64,000 nt of DNA. Origin: Nemertoderma westbladi. Its lineage: Eukaryota; Animalia; Xenacoelomorpha. Where the stretch lies: positions 24,121 to 88,120 of the forward strand of contig JAUCBJ010001577.1 in NCBI GenBank assembly GCA_032718475.1, in the 5' to 3' direction. Each line of letters begins with the position of its first letter. The first letter of the stretch is position 1. The notes below the pieces were generated by a model, which was not told the DNA's origin, ran no database searches, and saw nothing but the letters and a program-made list of their open reading frames with translations. The position numbers were made by a program, and so were the translations under genes. Shown in pieces: positions 45,418 through 57,846 of this stretch.

Positions 45418-45507
45418 GCCCTATAGGGAAATCTGTGATTTCCCTATAGAGAAATACAAATTTCCCTATAGGGAAATAAATAAATTTCCCTATAGGGCTA
45501 ATTTCCC
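45418..45507. repeat. Four copies of the palindrome (aaattt)ccctataggg(aaat)
   Basis: Direct inspection; spacing about 24 bp. Confidence 0.75.
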
Positions 45508-46734
45508 AGACTGATCCATCAGTTTTTACTTTTATTTTCTATTACCATTTTCCAGTTTTTACTTGCCTTTTTCTTACTGGTTTTTATTATCTTTTTCTTC
45601 AATAGGCCCTACAGTACCTGTTTTTAATTTCCTTTTTTTTATTGGTTTTTCTTTCCATTTTTTTTAATAATGCCTGGACTATCGCTAAGCATCTTAAGTG
45701 CTGCTCCGATTCGCCTCAGATTATACAATATTATTTAATCTCTTGATAAATTGATATAATTATATATATATAGAGATTTTGTAGGTACTGCAGTAGCAGA
45801 ACCAGTACAGTGGCATTCCACATTTAGTGGCAGTAGTGTTGTGAAACCGGGATGAGAGTATCTGAAATACAGTATGAGGTAGCTGTGAGACACGGCCAAC
45901 TGCTAGTATTAATATTATAATATTAATTAGTGTAGTACTATTGCAGCTGTAGTATTACTACAGCTAGCATTACTTGCAATTTTCAGTGGCCACTAGCCGC
46001 AGTGCAGCACATAACTGTAGCTATGTTACATCATGGAAACCGGGCTTTAGTTGTTGATTTATTATATTAATTTAAAGTACAGTACCAACAGACCACCACT
46101 GCACTACCTGGGTGGTTGGGTGCCTCCCAGTCCCAGTGCACAATTCCACTGCTTCCAAACCACAGAACCAATACTGGTGGCCTAACAGCCTAAGTATTGG
46201 CCTACCTACCCTGTATTGAACTGATATAGCATTGAATCGACAGGTAGGCCTATGTTTACAAAGCATAAGCTACCGGTACCCTGTAGAATTGGCTTACACC
46301 TAATATCAAAGCAATCAATATAAATATAAATGCGGTTACAGTATTCTGGCTCTACCTGCCTTAAACAAATATGCAGAAAAGTGGTCCGATCATGTGATCG
46401 ATCTACATTCAGACCAGTAGCTAAATATAAATAACGCAATACCCAAACCCAGAACGGTAATAATGTACAAAATATTGTTGTTAGTTTGCTCATAGGCGGT
46501 GCAGGCATAACAATAATGTAACCAAATGATAGCCAAGAGTTTAGCCAATCAATGAAAGCCGCTGGGAAAGCTATCTGCTGGTGAGCATTAGTAGCAGTGG
46601 AATTATTTGGTGTAACCATCGAAATTCATAGGCCCTTCATAAAGGTAGAGAAGTTAACTATTATTGGTTTGATGTAATAGGTTCTATAGGGAGATAGATA
46701 GGTTTGGTAGGACAGCTCTGTGTATATATAGATA

Positions 46735-49230
46735 GATTTATTTATACATTATGTAAAAACAATAACAAATACACCAAACAATGTACCGGTATAAAGGTAT
46801 TGTCCAACATAACATAGGATTACCCCTAAAGCTTTGCAGCTTATTTCCAAGGGGGTCCTTTATGTTATTACTTGGTTACAAATACAATATTACACTATGC
46901 TAACCTAAAACCAATATAAAACGTAATTACACTATGTACATGTACAACTTTACCGAGAGCGTGACAATGTCTGACTCAACGATAAAGATGTAATGTACAG
47001 AACAATTTAATATAAAACGTAATTACAGTATAAATAGTAAATAATTAATAAACTAATAACTTACTGTAGGACTATTGTACCTATTTTTACATTGCACACG
47101 GAGGTGAGATTTAACTGCAGATTTAAAAGAATGTTGATTTTATTTAGGTTTTTAATTTCATTAGGCAGAGCGTTCCAATTTTTAATGCCATTAAAAAAGA
47201 AAGTATCAGATTCGAAGGATTTACAATTCGGGAGGTAGAAGTTTGAAGCACTAGCTCTGGTACTGTAAGAGTGTGTATCGCGTACTCTGTTAAATTTTTG
47301 TTTAAGGTAATTGGGACATTTACCATTATACACTTTATGCACATGGTTAAGGCATAGCTGCTTAACTCTACTATCTAAGTTAAGTAGTCCAGATTCAGAA
47401 AAGTCATCTGGAGTTAGGTGGTGCCTAGGTTTGTAGTCTTTAATAAATCGTACTACTTTATTCTGAGCTACTTGTAATTTACATTTAAGCTGTTTGGTTA
47501 ACCCTTCATACCAAGAAGAGCATGCATAGTCCATGTGACACTGTATTAAAGAAGAGCAAAGTAACTTACGGGAGTCGATGTTTAAACTATTTTTATTTCT
47601 GTATAGAAACCTAAGCCTACTGTTAACTTTCGAGAAAATATTTTTCACTATGCTTTCTCCTGATAAGCAGTTATCCAATGTGGCGCCTAAATAATTAACT
47701 TCCTTTTTATTTTCAATCTTATGTCCATTACTAGTGACTTCAAACTTAGTTACCTTCTTTAACTTTCTTTTGGAACCAAATAAAATACTTTCAGTCTTAA
47801 CCGTAGTGAATGGATAGCTTATTATCAACCAACCATTCATTACAGGATTCTAGAACTACACTTAACTTTTGGGAAATATGGATAGGCTCTTTATGAGAGA
47901 AAATAAGAGCACTGTCGTCGGCATATAAAATGAGTTTAAAATCGGGATCTATACTACTTATCATATTATTTACATAGCATACAAAAAGCAGAGGACCTAA
48001 TATACTACCTTGCGGTACACCACAGGTAATCTCTTGTACAGCAGACTGTGATTTGCTAATGACTACAGTTTGACCTCTGTCTGACAGGTAGGACTTGAAC
48101 CAGTCTATAGAACCTACACCCATCAGGCCTAACTTACCAAGCAGAATTTCGTGATCTACAGTATCGAAAGCCTTTTGTAGGTCCAACATTACCATACCAG
48201 TATATAAACCCTTTGCGTTATTACATCTAATTGTATCAGTTAAGTTAATAAGGCAGGTGTCTAGAATATGATTTACGAAAACCGGACTGAAGTTCATAGA
48301 TCAGATTTAGCCTACTAAGATGTGCTTCCAGCTGTAGAAAAACAGAACGTTCTAGAATTTTAGATACAATACTTTAGATACTAACAGGTCTGTAATTACA
48401 GGGTTCTACTTTACTATTATTTTTATACAGAGGAACAACCTTAGCTAATTTCAGTTCGTCTGGTACTACATTATCTACGATAGAGTAATTAATAATAAAA
48501 GTAATAGGCACTTTAAGTACTTCAGCACCATCCTTAAGAAAACGGGCAGGTATTAGGTCTAGACCGGTACTTTTTGAGGCTGATAGGCTAATTATATTTA
48601 TACTATATTACTATACTATACTATGCTATACTATATTTATTACTTGATAACGGTAACTTCTTAACTAAATTAGAGGCAACGTTCGTACTTTTTGAGGCTG
48701 ATAGGCTAAGTAGATTTTGAAAAACGAAATCCTCAGAAACGGGTTTTAAAAATAACTTTTCTGAATTTTGCAACTTTTCTAAATAAAAATTATTTAGAGT
48801 TTCGGACCCTATACTATATTTATTACTTGATAAACGGTAACTTCTTAACTAAATTAGAGGCAACATTTGTAAAATAATTATTAAATAAATTACTAACTAG
48901 TGTATGATCATTAATCAGCTCACCGTTATCTTGCAGAACAATATTCGAATTAGATTTAAGGTTTTTATAACCTAAAGATTTTAGGGTAGACCATAGACTT
49001 TTAGGATTATCTTTATTCTCACTTATTTTGTTGTACAAATATTCAGATTTAGCTTTTTTTATTTCCCGTTGGACAAGGAGGTTTCTATATTTGCAGTAAC
49101 TATTATAAACAGCTAAAACACGGTATTTCCTAAATTTATACAGAGTTATCTCTTTCTCTGATATTACTAAGAATACCCGAGCTCATCCAGGGCTCAGTGC
49201 GTTGTTTAAGACTAATTTCTAAATTGAGGT
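46735..49230 (-). mobile_element. Decayed 5'-truncated L2/Crack-like non-LTR retrotransposon
   Basis: Frameshifted RT pieces at 48823-49038, 47797-48297 (LDLQKAFDTVDH, GVPQGSILGPLLF, LYADD) and 47061-47840 (YLG..LD, HMDYACSSW, H.YSTR, WNALP). The 3' UTR has a ggacccc-ttggaaataagc...gcttt-agggg stem and an aataaat end. Confidence 0.85.
47061..48297 (-). pseudogene. Reverse transcriptase pseudogene (frameshifted)
   Basis: RT motifs are split over two overlapping frames near 47800-47840. Confidence 0.85.
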
Positions 49231-49959
49231 TTTTAATGTTAGGATGTGTAGTTCTGGAAACTATCTCCAAAATTTTTCGTTCTAAAATTTTCAAACGATT
49301 TTAAAATTTCGATGCAAATAACAGCTGTTTACTCTCAAATCCTGTTCTATTGTGTTTAGTTTATTGTTTTGGTAAAAATAACGTGCCACTGTAACCTGCT
49401 CCTTTCCCTAAATTGAGAATTTATCATTGAGGCAGAATATTAATTCGCCATGATGGGATTTTGCATCCAGTCCCCCCTATTAGATCCAATAATATAAAAT
49501 ACAAATATAACTAGAAAGGTGGGAAAAACCGGGGGAAAAATCCTAGCCAAGACTATTACAAAGAACTATGTCAGTCAGCAGTAAGTAAACTAAACAATTG
49601 TCTAAACTGCAAGGCGTGAGGCTAGCAGACTTTGTGGCTCGCCCGACATAATAAAAAATGCAACTTAGCTACCACTACCACTAACAAAAATATAATATGA
49701 AGCAAATAATTTCAATATCAAGCACGTTTACAAGATATAAGATACGATTACCGAATATTTATAAAAAATGCCCATGATGCACAACCAGATAAAATAATAA
49801 CGAATAGAGCCAAATAACAAATTTAGTTCCCTTCTATAGGTATTACCCCGTCTTCAAGCGGAATATCTCTTTCCAGTGAATCCTATGTGAATATGTAATA
49901 TAGGTACTCATGCTAAGTTAGGCGGTAGGCCAGAGCGGGCTCCTTACATACATGCAACT

Positions 49960-50577
49960 ACTGTATTATAGTGTAGGTCAACTATAAAACATTTTGCAAT
50001 CCACAGTGAGTAACAACTGCTATAGGACACAACACACTGCTTGTGTAACTAAAATTCATTCTCCTGTCCACCCCCTAACATAGCAGAAGCAGAGTGAGTA
50101 ACCTTATTGTAGATATACCCTTATGAAGCACTGGGAGAGCAATCAGCTTATGGGGTAATACATTAGAAACCAACAGCTTATGTGTGAGTAAACATTGCCT
50201 ATTCCTTATAGCCTACTAACTAGTAAAACTTGGCAACCAACACGTTTTACTATAACTGTGTATAACATATTAAGCCATATTTCATCATGAACCACAGCTG
50301 TTATTTTACCATTACTTTTAATTTCGCGACAAAATAATGTCAAAAAACTAAATATATTACATGAATACCACACATAGAATCGATCTGAAATTTTGTAACG
50401 CAATTATGAACCACCAAAGCAATGTACTTGCAAAATTTCATCAAAATCGCCAGGCAGGAAGTGCTTGAACCTGGATAATTATCAGTCAGTCAGTCAGTGT
50501 TATATATCCTGAGATTTTTACAGAAAGTATCCCTGAGATTTTTACAGTAAGTATCCCGCTGTCAAGCGGGCTCCTAA
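49960..50577 (-). mobile_element. Diverged solitary relative of the array elements with a third type of 5' terminus
   Basis: Shares gggagagcaatcagcttat..gtaatacattagaa, cagctgttattttaccatt, aaaatttcatcaaaatcg, (cagt)n and ttacagtaa, then ends cccgct-gtca-agcggg-ctcctaa|t. The left boundary is uncertain. Confidence 0.65.
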
Positions 50578-51154
50578 TTATTATTAAATTTGAAACAATC
50601 TTCCTTGCCAGTAGGAAAGAACACCTGGCAAATCACTACTCTCAACTGTTATTAGCTAATATTCAGGCAGCATTAGATGTTTTACTGACATTCCAATAAT
50701 TTATAATCTTCTCAATTTGACAGATAAACTAAGGCATTTATTGTACTGTCCCAACACACAATGATGTGGAGTATTCCTTCCCAATAAATTGCTTTAGTTC
50801 ACCAAAGCTGTATTATTGTGTTCATCATATAGCTTATCTAATTATACCTTCCAAACTCGTTGTATTTTTGGGGAAAAGTTGGTACCCTGAAATGTGGTTA
50901 CCCTTATCGTGGTTCAAAATAACTCCCAAATCCCCAAATAAAACTTATGGTGGATACTTTTCATTTCAGAAAATTTAACATAAAAAAAATTAATAACTAA
51001 TCCAAATGACTGATATTAAAATCCATGAGTTTAAATGAGAACACAAATTCACATGCTGAGTATGTTGCACATGTACGTACAGTTTACAATAATTGATATT
51101 TAACCAAAACAATAGTGATTCATGCTTATAAAGAGTAAATAATTAATAGATATC

Positions 51155-51640
51155 CTAAATGGCAAGTCTGTAAATGACAATCTGAATTTGGTCATTGATT
51201 AGCTCACAGTCTTGTGGTCGCACATGCTGAAGATAGCAGTCGCTTCTCCACCTCCCAAGTTTCTTTATGATAGCCGGTGAGATGCCCACTATAGCTGCCT
51301 CAGTAGCTAAACCAGCTCTGAAACTATGGCTGGAATAACTTCTTCCTAAAGTGACTCGTATCGCATCATTCACCATGTGTGATGTTACAATTTCTCCTTC
51401 TGAGGTCAAAAATAAGTTTGACTCATCATGGGCCCAGTCATCCCTGTAGATTAGATAGCGATTTAGCACCTTTACAGGGCAGGTGGAAGTACTATTCCGA
51501 GCCACTGGAAATGACATCGACTGATCGTCTGTCTTAGATTCTGCCAGTGTGACTATGATACAGTCAATTCGAATGACAATTTTTTGCTTCCTAGTTAAGT
51601 GAATATATTCTGATACGCAAAAGGCTCCATAGAACGCCAT
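51155..51640 (-). pseudogene. Tyrosine recombinase remnant (DIRS/Ngaro-type YR retrotransposon)
   Basis: SKTD, CPV, SHSFRAGLAT and IKKLGRWRSDCY motifs; the first catalytic Arg appears replaced (GAFCVSE). Confidence 0.8.
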
Positions 51641-52374
51641 AGTGAAAATGCTTCCTTTTACGCCTGCTGGATATACTCAAAGTACTGAGGGACCTCATCC
51701 AGGCTGAGGCATCTACCCCCTACAAAGGTATTGAGAAATCTGAGAGACGATCTTGAGAAATCTGAGGATTATATTGGCAGAAGATTTAGGGTTTATCTAA
51801 AACGGCAGCAAGGGCAGCTGAATCTATGTTGAGATTAAAATGCGAGCTGTAGAACAAATCTTTTAGCTTTTCAATGCAGAATACCTGAAGCCAGAGCCTC
51901 TCACTCAGCAATGGATAGTCGTTTCTCACAAGGTTTGAGCGAATGGCTTATAAAAGAGTCAGGGTGAGGTCGGAGTCCGTCAGGTCAGAGATAGACGAGG
52001 ATTTATTTTATGTGCAGCACCTCTGCACACAACTTATGGCCGTCCTTGATATCGTCTCCAGTTTCCTCGATGTAGGGAACAAAACTCGTCGCAAAAGTCA
52101 CAAGGTGGTGGGCGATTTCCACATTCCCACTTATACCGTTCAGCGTTACCTCCAAAGGCATTCTAAAAACAGAAATAAATATTTTGGTGTTTATTACCAA
52201 TTAGTGAGCAAGAATTCCACTTATATTGTTATTTGATTTGAAATTGGTGACAATTGTTTCCATTCTCGGCTTGCACCAATATGACACAGTCTCTGTTTGT
52301 GCCTTCTCTGCGCTCTTAAGATGAAGCCAAAACAAAATGGCAGTCATTTGCTTGCAACCGCTTTTCGATCATGA

Positions 52375-53133
52375 ACACTCATTTACATTTATTTAATAAG
52401 GTTTTGGTGGAGCAAGTGGGGATCTTTTGGCGGTAGGTTGGCTTACATACACATTTATTTAACAAGGCTTTCGTGGAGCAAGTGGGGATCTTTTGGCGGT
52501 AGGTAGGCATACTCACACATTTATTTAACAAAGGCTGATAGGCTTACTCACACATTTATTTAACAAAGGCTTTGGTGGAGCAAGTGGGGATCTTTTAGCG
52601 GTAGGTAGGCCTACACACACATTTATTTAACAAGGCTGGTAAGCTTACTCACACATTTATTTAACAAAGGCTTTGGTGGAGCAAGTTGTGATCTTTTAGC
52701 GGTAGGTAGGCCTACACAAACATTTATTTAATAAGGCTGGTAAGCTTACTCACACATTTATTTAACAAGGCTTTGGTGGAGCAAGTGGGGATCTTTTAGC
52801 GGTAGGTAGGCCTACACACACATTTATTTAATAAGGCTGGTAAGCTTACTCACACATTTATTTAACAAGGCTTTGGTGGAGCAAGTGGGGATCTTTTAGC
52901 GGTAGGTAGGCCTACACACACATTTATTTAATAAGGCTGGTAAGCTTACTCACACATTTATTTAACAAGGCTTTGGTGGAGCAAGTGGGGATCTTTTAGC
53001 GGTAGGTAGGCCTACTCACACATTTACTTAACAAAGGCTTTGGTGGAGCAAGTGGGGATCTTTTGGTGGTAGGTAGGCTTACTCACACATTTATTTAATA
53101 AGGCTGGGTAGGCTTACTCACACATTTATTTAA
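52375..53133. repeat. Minisatellite of alternating ~66-bp and ~34-bp units (~100-bp higher-order repeat)
   Basis: cacatttatttaacaaggctttggtggagcaagtggggatcttttagcggtaggtaggcctaca alternates with cacatttatttaataaggctggtaagcttactca. Confidence 0.95.
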
Positions 53134-53384
53134 CTAAATTAAACTTAATTTAATTAAACTATTTATTTAGTAAATGTAAATGGCGATTTAATAATCTGAA
53201 AAAAATAATATATTATTGGTGTAGTGTATGCATGCCACCCTCTGTTGTTCAGTTTTTCAGATTATTAAAATATATCCAACTTTTCATAAGTACTCTTACT
53301 AGTATACTTACATTTAGCCCCTCCCCTGTCCTATTTTTTTTAATTGTATATTTAATGTCAGGTAAAAATACAATAAAATCAATA

Positions 53385-53740
53385 CATTTTCCACAAAAAA
53401 AATACAAAAAATTAAATAAAATATTTTGTAAGCCCAAAAAAAATATAAAATACTTTCGAAAAAACAAAAAAAAAATATAAAATATGTTGTAAACCAAAAA
53501 AAAGTAGAAAATGCGTGCCGAAATACAAAAAAAATATTAAGTATTTTGTAAACCCAAAAAAAATATAAAATGCTTTCTGAAATACAAAAAAAAAATAAAA
53601 TATATTTTAAACCCAAAAAAATAGAAAATGCATGCCGAAATACATAAAAGATTATAAAATATTTTGTAAACCCAAAAAAATAGAATTGCTTGCCAGCTGA
53701 ATAATACAAAAAAAAATAAAATATTTTTTAAACCCATAAA
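53385..53740. repeat. Degenerate A-rich ~60-bp tandem repeat
   Basis: aaatacaaaaaaaa..taaaatattttgtaaacccaaaaaaaa..aaaatgc recurs about six times. Confidence 0.8.
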
Positions 53741-54619
53741 TATAACGAAAAGAGAAAATAAATCGATTTAAAACATACATACAGCTGATGAGGATCATAA
53801 GTCGGAAACTATCGTATCCGATTATACCCATACTGTGTTTTTAATTTATGGGTATTATTCGATAAAATAGTTCTGTATTTTTCCTGATTGTTTGAATTTA
53901 TTGTGCTTCCCAACTTTACTTTCTATATTGCATTAATTTCTAATATTTTTGTATTTCCTGTATATTGACTATTTTTGTTATATGACAGATATCTATTATA
54001 ATTAATAATTTTATTTGTACTGTATGTAATTACGTTTTATAAATTGTCCAGTGCATTGTTACATCTTTATCATTTGAGTCGGGCATTGTCACACTCGGTG
54101 AAGTTGTACTCAGTGTAATTACGTTTTATATTTGTTTTAGGTAGGGATAGTATCGGGCACAGTTTCTATGTAGGTAGGAAAAATAGTTTAAAAAAATATA
54201 TATTAGGGAATCATACACTTCAGGGGGTACGAACCATACAATAACTTAGGGGTACAAATCATACATAGAGGATAATATTACATTGGAATGTATTTGGGTA
54301 GAATGGGAAAATGGTAGGGTAGAAGTTAGTTGTAGAAGGGGTAAGGGTTGTAGGATCGGTTGGGGGTTAGTGAGGTAGTAGATAGGTGTAGTAATTGTAT
54401 GAGGGCTACTGTTTTTGGAATGGTGGTTACTTTGGGGGTATTTACAGGGGAACGAAAAAATAGGAAGTATGGGGAACAGAAGGGGGCCATTTCTAGTTTG
54501 TGGGGAGGGGAATGTTCGCGGTACATCAGTGGGAGTAAAGTTGCAAAGTGGGCTAATGCTTGGCCATTGTACCTGTGGGATTTACTAAAAAAGTCTAGGG
54601 ATGGGGGAAGTATGGAAGA

Positions 54620-54690
54620 GGATGGGGAGAAGGGTATAGGAGATGGGTATATGAGATGGGTATAGGAGATGGGTATAGGAAGAAGATGGG
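54620..54690. repeat. Short (gatgggtatagga)n repeat
   Basis: Direct inspection. Confidence 0.7.
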
Positions 54691-56179
54691 GGGTCTAAGG
54701 GAGTCTTGGTGGGGGGTTAGGCAGGTTCAGGCAGGTCAAGCAGTTATAACAGGGATGTAACCTTGCTATTGACTTTTGTATATTATTTTGGCTGGATTAA
54801 CATGCAACCATAACCTGGTGTTTTTCCATAATTGATAGTTAACATTATTGAGGAGATATATAAAATGCCCCGATGTGGAATTGGATATTCCAGTCCCCCT
54901 CCCCCCGTCTCTGGTACCCCATTGTTATAGCACATTTCATCGCGGCATGAATAAACAACGGTTAACTTAATCTCGCCATACCGCTATCAACCTGTGAACT
55001 GTACGTACAGGTACCGAATCTTCAAACATTAAAATTTTCAAAACACATTTTCATTTTTGCAGGTGTTCTGTTCATATTCGTTCGTTTAATTATTATACTA
55101 TTATTTTGGGTTAGACAGACAGACATACATAGTTGCTGCAAAGTAAGTGTTTTACAAAGTTCCCATCCGCTTTGCTATATTATTTTACTTTAGTTAAAAT
55201 GTGACTGAATTTGAATAAGTTAGATTAAAATCAAATCAGAGTCAAAAGTATAAAAAAAATAAATTTACTTCCGATAGACTCAATTAATTTAATCTTATTG
55301 AATCTTTTTGACATTGTACTCATTTAACATAACTGCTACTTCCATCGGACCTATTGCGTCATCATTTCGAGACTTCAATCATTCAGGTATATTCAAAATT
55401 AAATAGTTTGCTTGTTTCACTGATAATAGAGTTCACACTTTTACACCAAGACAGTGAATGGTGGGGGACTGGCAATTACTAATTATAGTTTTACATAGTG
55501 CGTACTCTGCATATATATCTGTAATGTTGTATCTTTTTATCCAGCTTATTGGATTGTTCAATATTTAGATTTAACAACTGTTATTTGTAACTTAGATTGA
55601 TTATTTTTTTAAGCTTTATTCTTAAATAGTTACTTTTTCGCTCGAATTTATAGCAAAAGCGGGAGTGCAAAAGTTTCAGTTTTATTCCCTAGGGAAAAAA
55701 TGTAATCCATGGGAATCAATTCAATTCACTTTTTTCCTGGCAAAAAAAGTAAAATAAAATATTTTTGGTGGAATTCCTTAAATTTAATTAAATACGTTGA
55801 AAAAGCATTGACGTAGAAAATTTTTGCACGTAACTCTAGCAAAATCCATGCATGCAGTCAAAAGTTATGGCATATTTCGTGTCTGTGCCGCAACATTTCT
55901 ACATTATTTTTAACACCTAGTACACTAGATCATATAAATGTTTTATTTATTTGTATGAAATAAATTTCGTGTTAAATTAAAAAATACATTTGCAGTATAT
56001 CCAGTATGTCATCATGTCGTAAAGTTTGAGTGCATAACTACAAATAATACCTCACAAATAAATAAAATTAGATTCGACATTGTTCATAATTAGCACATTA
56101 AAGCTTTAACGGCCCTCGTTCTATTATTCGCGCCGAAACGCTATAATATTCTAAATTATCAACAATCACTTACACTTTC

Positions 56180-56433
56180 GTGGGGCCTTCGCGCAGCACG
56201 AAGTGAGCAAAGCCTTTAGCATGTGGGAACCATTAACGATTTGTCTGCCGTTAGTCAAAAGTCTTCAACACAATAATTGTCCTCATCTTGTGCCGTGTTG
56301 TGTTAGTTTCTTTTTGACCTAACTTCAGACTATTTCTAAGCTTTTGACGCACTACATAACGTGCCAAGTTTGACAACAAATCGCCAATGGCACCCATATG
56401 CTAAGGCTTCGCTCACTTCGTGGCTCGCCCCAC
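56180..56433. mobile_element. MITE-like element with ~60-bp imperfect terminal inverted repeats
   Basis: The left arm gtgggg..cacgaagtgagcaaagcctttagcatgtgggaaccatt..cgatttgt matches the reverse complement of the right arm acaaatcg..aatggcacccatatgctaaggcttcgctcacttcgtg..ccccac. Confidence 0.75.
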
Positions 56434-56829
56434 ATAGGTATAACACCATTACTAGTAGTGAAAGTGGTGCAAAATTATATGACATTGTACTATATTAGCA
56501 GGCCTAATTGACACAAAAGTTATGTTTTCGTAATTACTATTACATAATTATAACTTAAGCTTACATAGTAACTCTGAAAATCAACCACATTTAAAAATAT
56601 TTTAAACTGATAGTAAACAAATGTTATATATTATAAATAAAGTAGGCGTATAAAATATAATACAGAGCTATAGTAATAATATAACGATATAGTAATATAA
56701 GGATATAGTAAATATAAGTATTATAGTTCTTATAAGATATAGGTCTATAAGTTCAGAGCAGCCGACAGAATCATTACTAAATAATATATTATAGTGAGAT
56801 GAATTTGTATTAAATATAAAGATTGAGAA

Positions 56830-57045
56830 TATAAGATAGATAAGATATATAAAAGATACATATAAGATACAAGATATATATAAGATACATATAAGATACA
56901 TATAAGATACAAGATACATAAGATACATATAAGATACAAGATACATAAGATACATATAAGATACAAGATACATAAGATACATATAAGATACAAGATACAT
57001 AAGATACATATAAGATACATATAAGATATATATGACATACATATA
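56830..57045. repeat. AAGATAC-based minisatellite (27-bp period in the core)
   Basis: aagatacatataagatacaagatacat is repeated. Confidence 0.9.
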
Positions 57046-57237
57046 AAATACAGGAAAAAAAATAAGAGTAAGATTATAAGAATTTCATAAAATCATTAAG
57101 AAAACTAATATCTATTAGCAGAAGGAATAAATAGCTGAAACATATCTAGGAGTGTCGATCGCATTACATATTAAAGCTTAAACATATAAATATATAGGCG
57201 CGGTGTAATGTATTCGGGGCAATATGACGCCTATCAT

Positions 57238-57295
57238 TCTGTATTTATACAGTAGATCTTTCTCTATTTATACAGTAGATCTTTCTGTATTTATA
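57238..57295. repeat. ~23-bp tandem repeat (tatttatacagtagatctttct), 2.5 copies
   Basis: Direct inspection. Confidence 0.75.
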
Positions 57296-57846
57296 CTAAG
57301 AATTAGCAATACTAAGAAATATTTACTTAATCTCATTTAATCTTTAATCTCATTATCATATAATTAATAATGAATAATCTTCCCACGAAAGTGAAATCAG
57401 TTGTAGCCAGGGGAGGGACTTCAACGAACTCCTTCATCGAAGCCGTAATACTACACATATCAAACGGTGTAAAAAAGAAAAGAGATCGGAAAGGAGAACC
57501 GCCATCAAAGAAGCTCCGATTAAATTACAACACTATGGTGTTTATGATGTAAGTGTTTCTATATAATATGTGATAATTTATGTTTATGTGGGTATCCAAA
57601 TTTAATTTACACTATTGTATACGTTTATATTAAATATTATAAAGAATAAGTATAGGTTTTTGTAAATAATAGATATAAAATATATATTTCCAGGGCGGGA
57701 TTACATTATTTTCCACAATAAAAATAAAGTAATGACCCAGTATCGAACTCATTACTTCTATATATACAATATATAAGTATATATATATATATATATATAA
57801 TATACTTCAATATATTGCATATTGCTGTATTGAACAACTCGTCGCA

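Noticed and set aside
51943-52236. Small overlapping ORFs upstream of the recombinase
   Set aside because: Short, with no recognisable gag, RT or RNase H motif.
53232-57042. F/Y/I-rich ORFs at 53232-53737 and 56668-57042
   Set aside because: Translations of A-rich and AAGATAC minisatellites.
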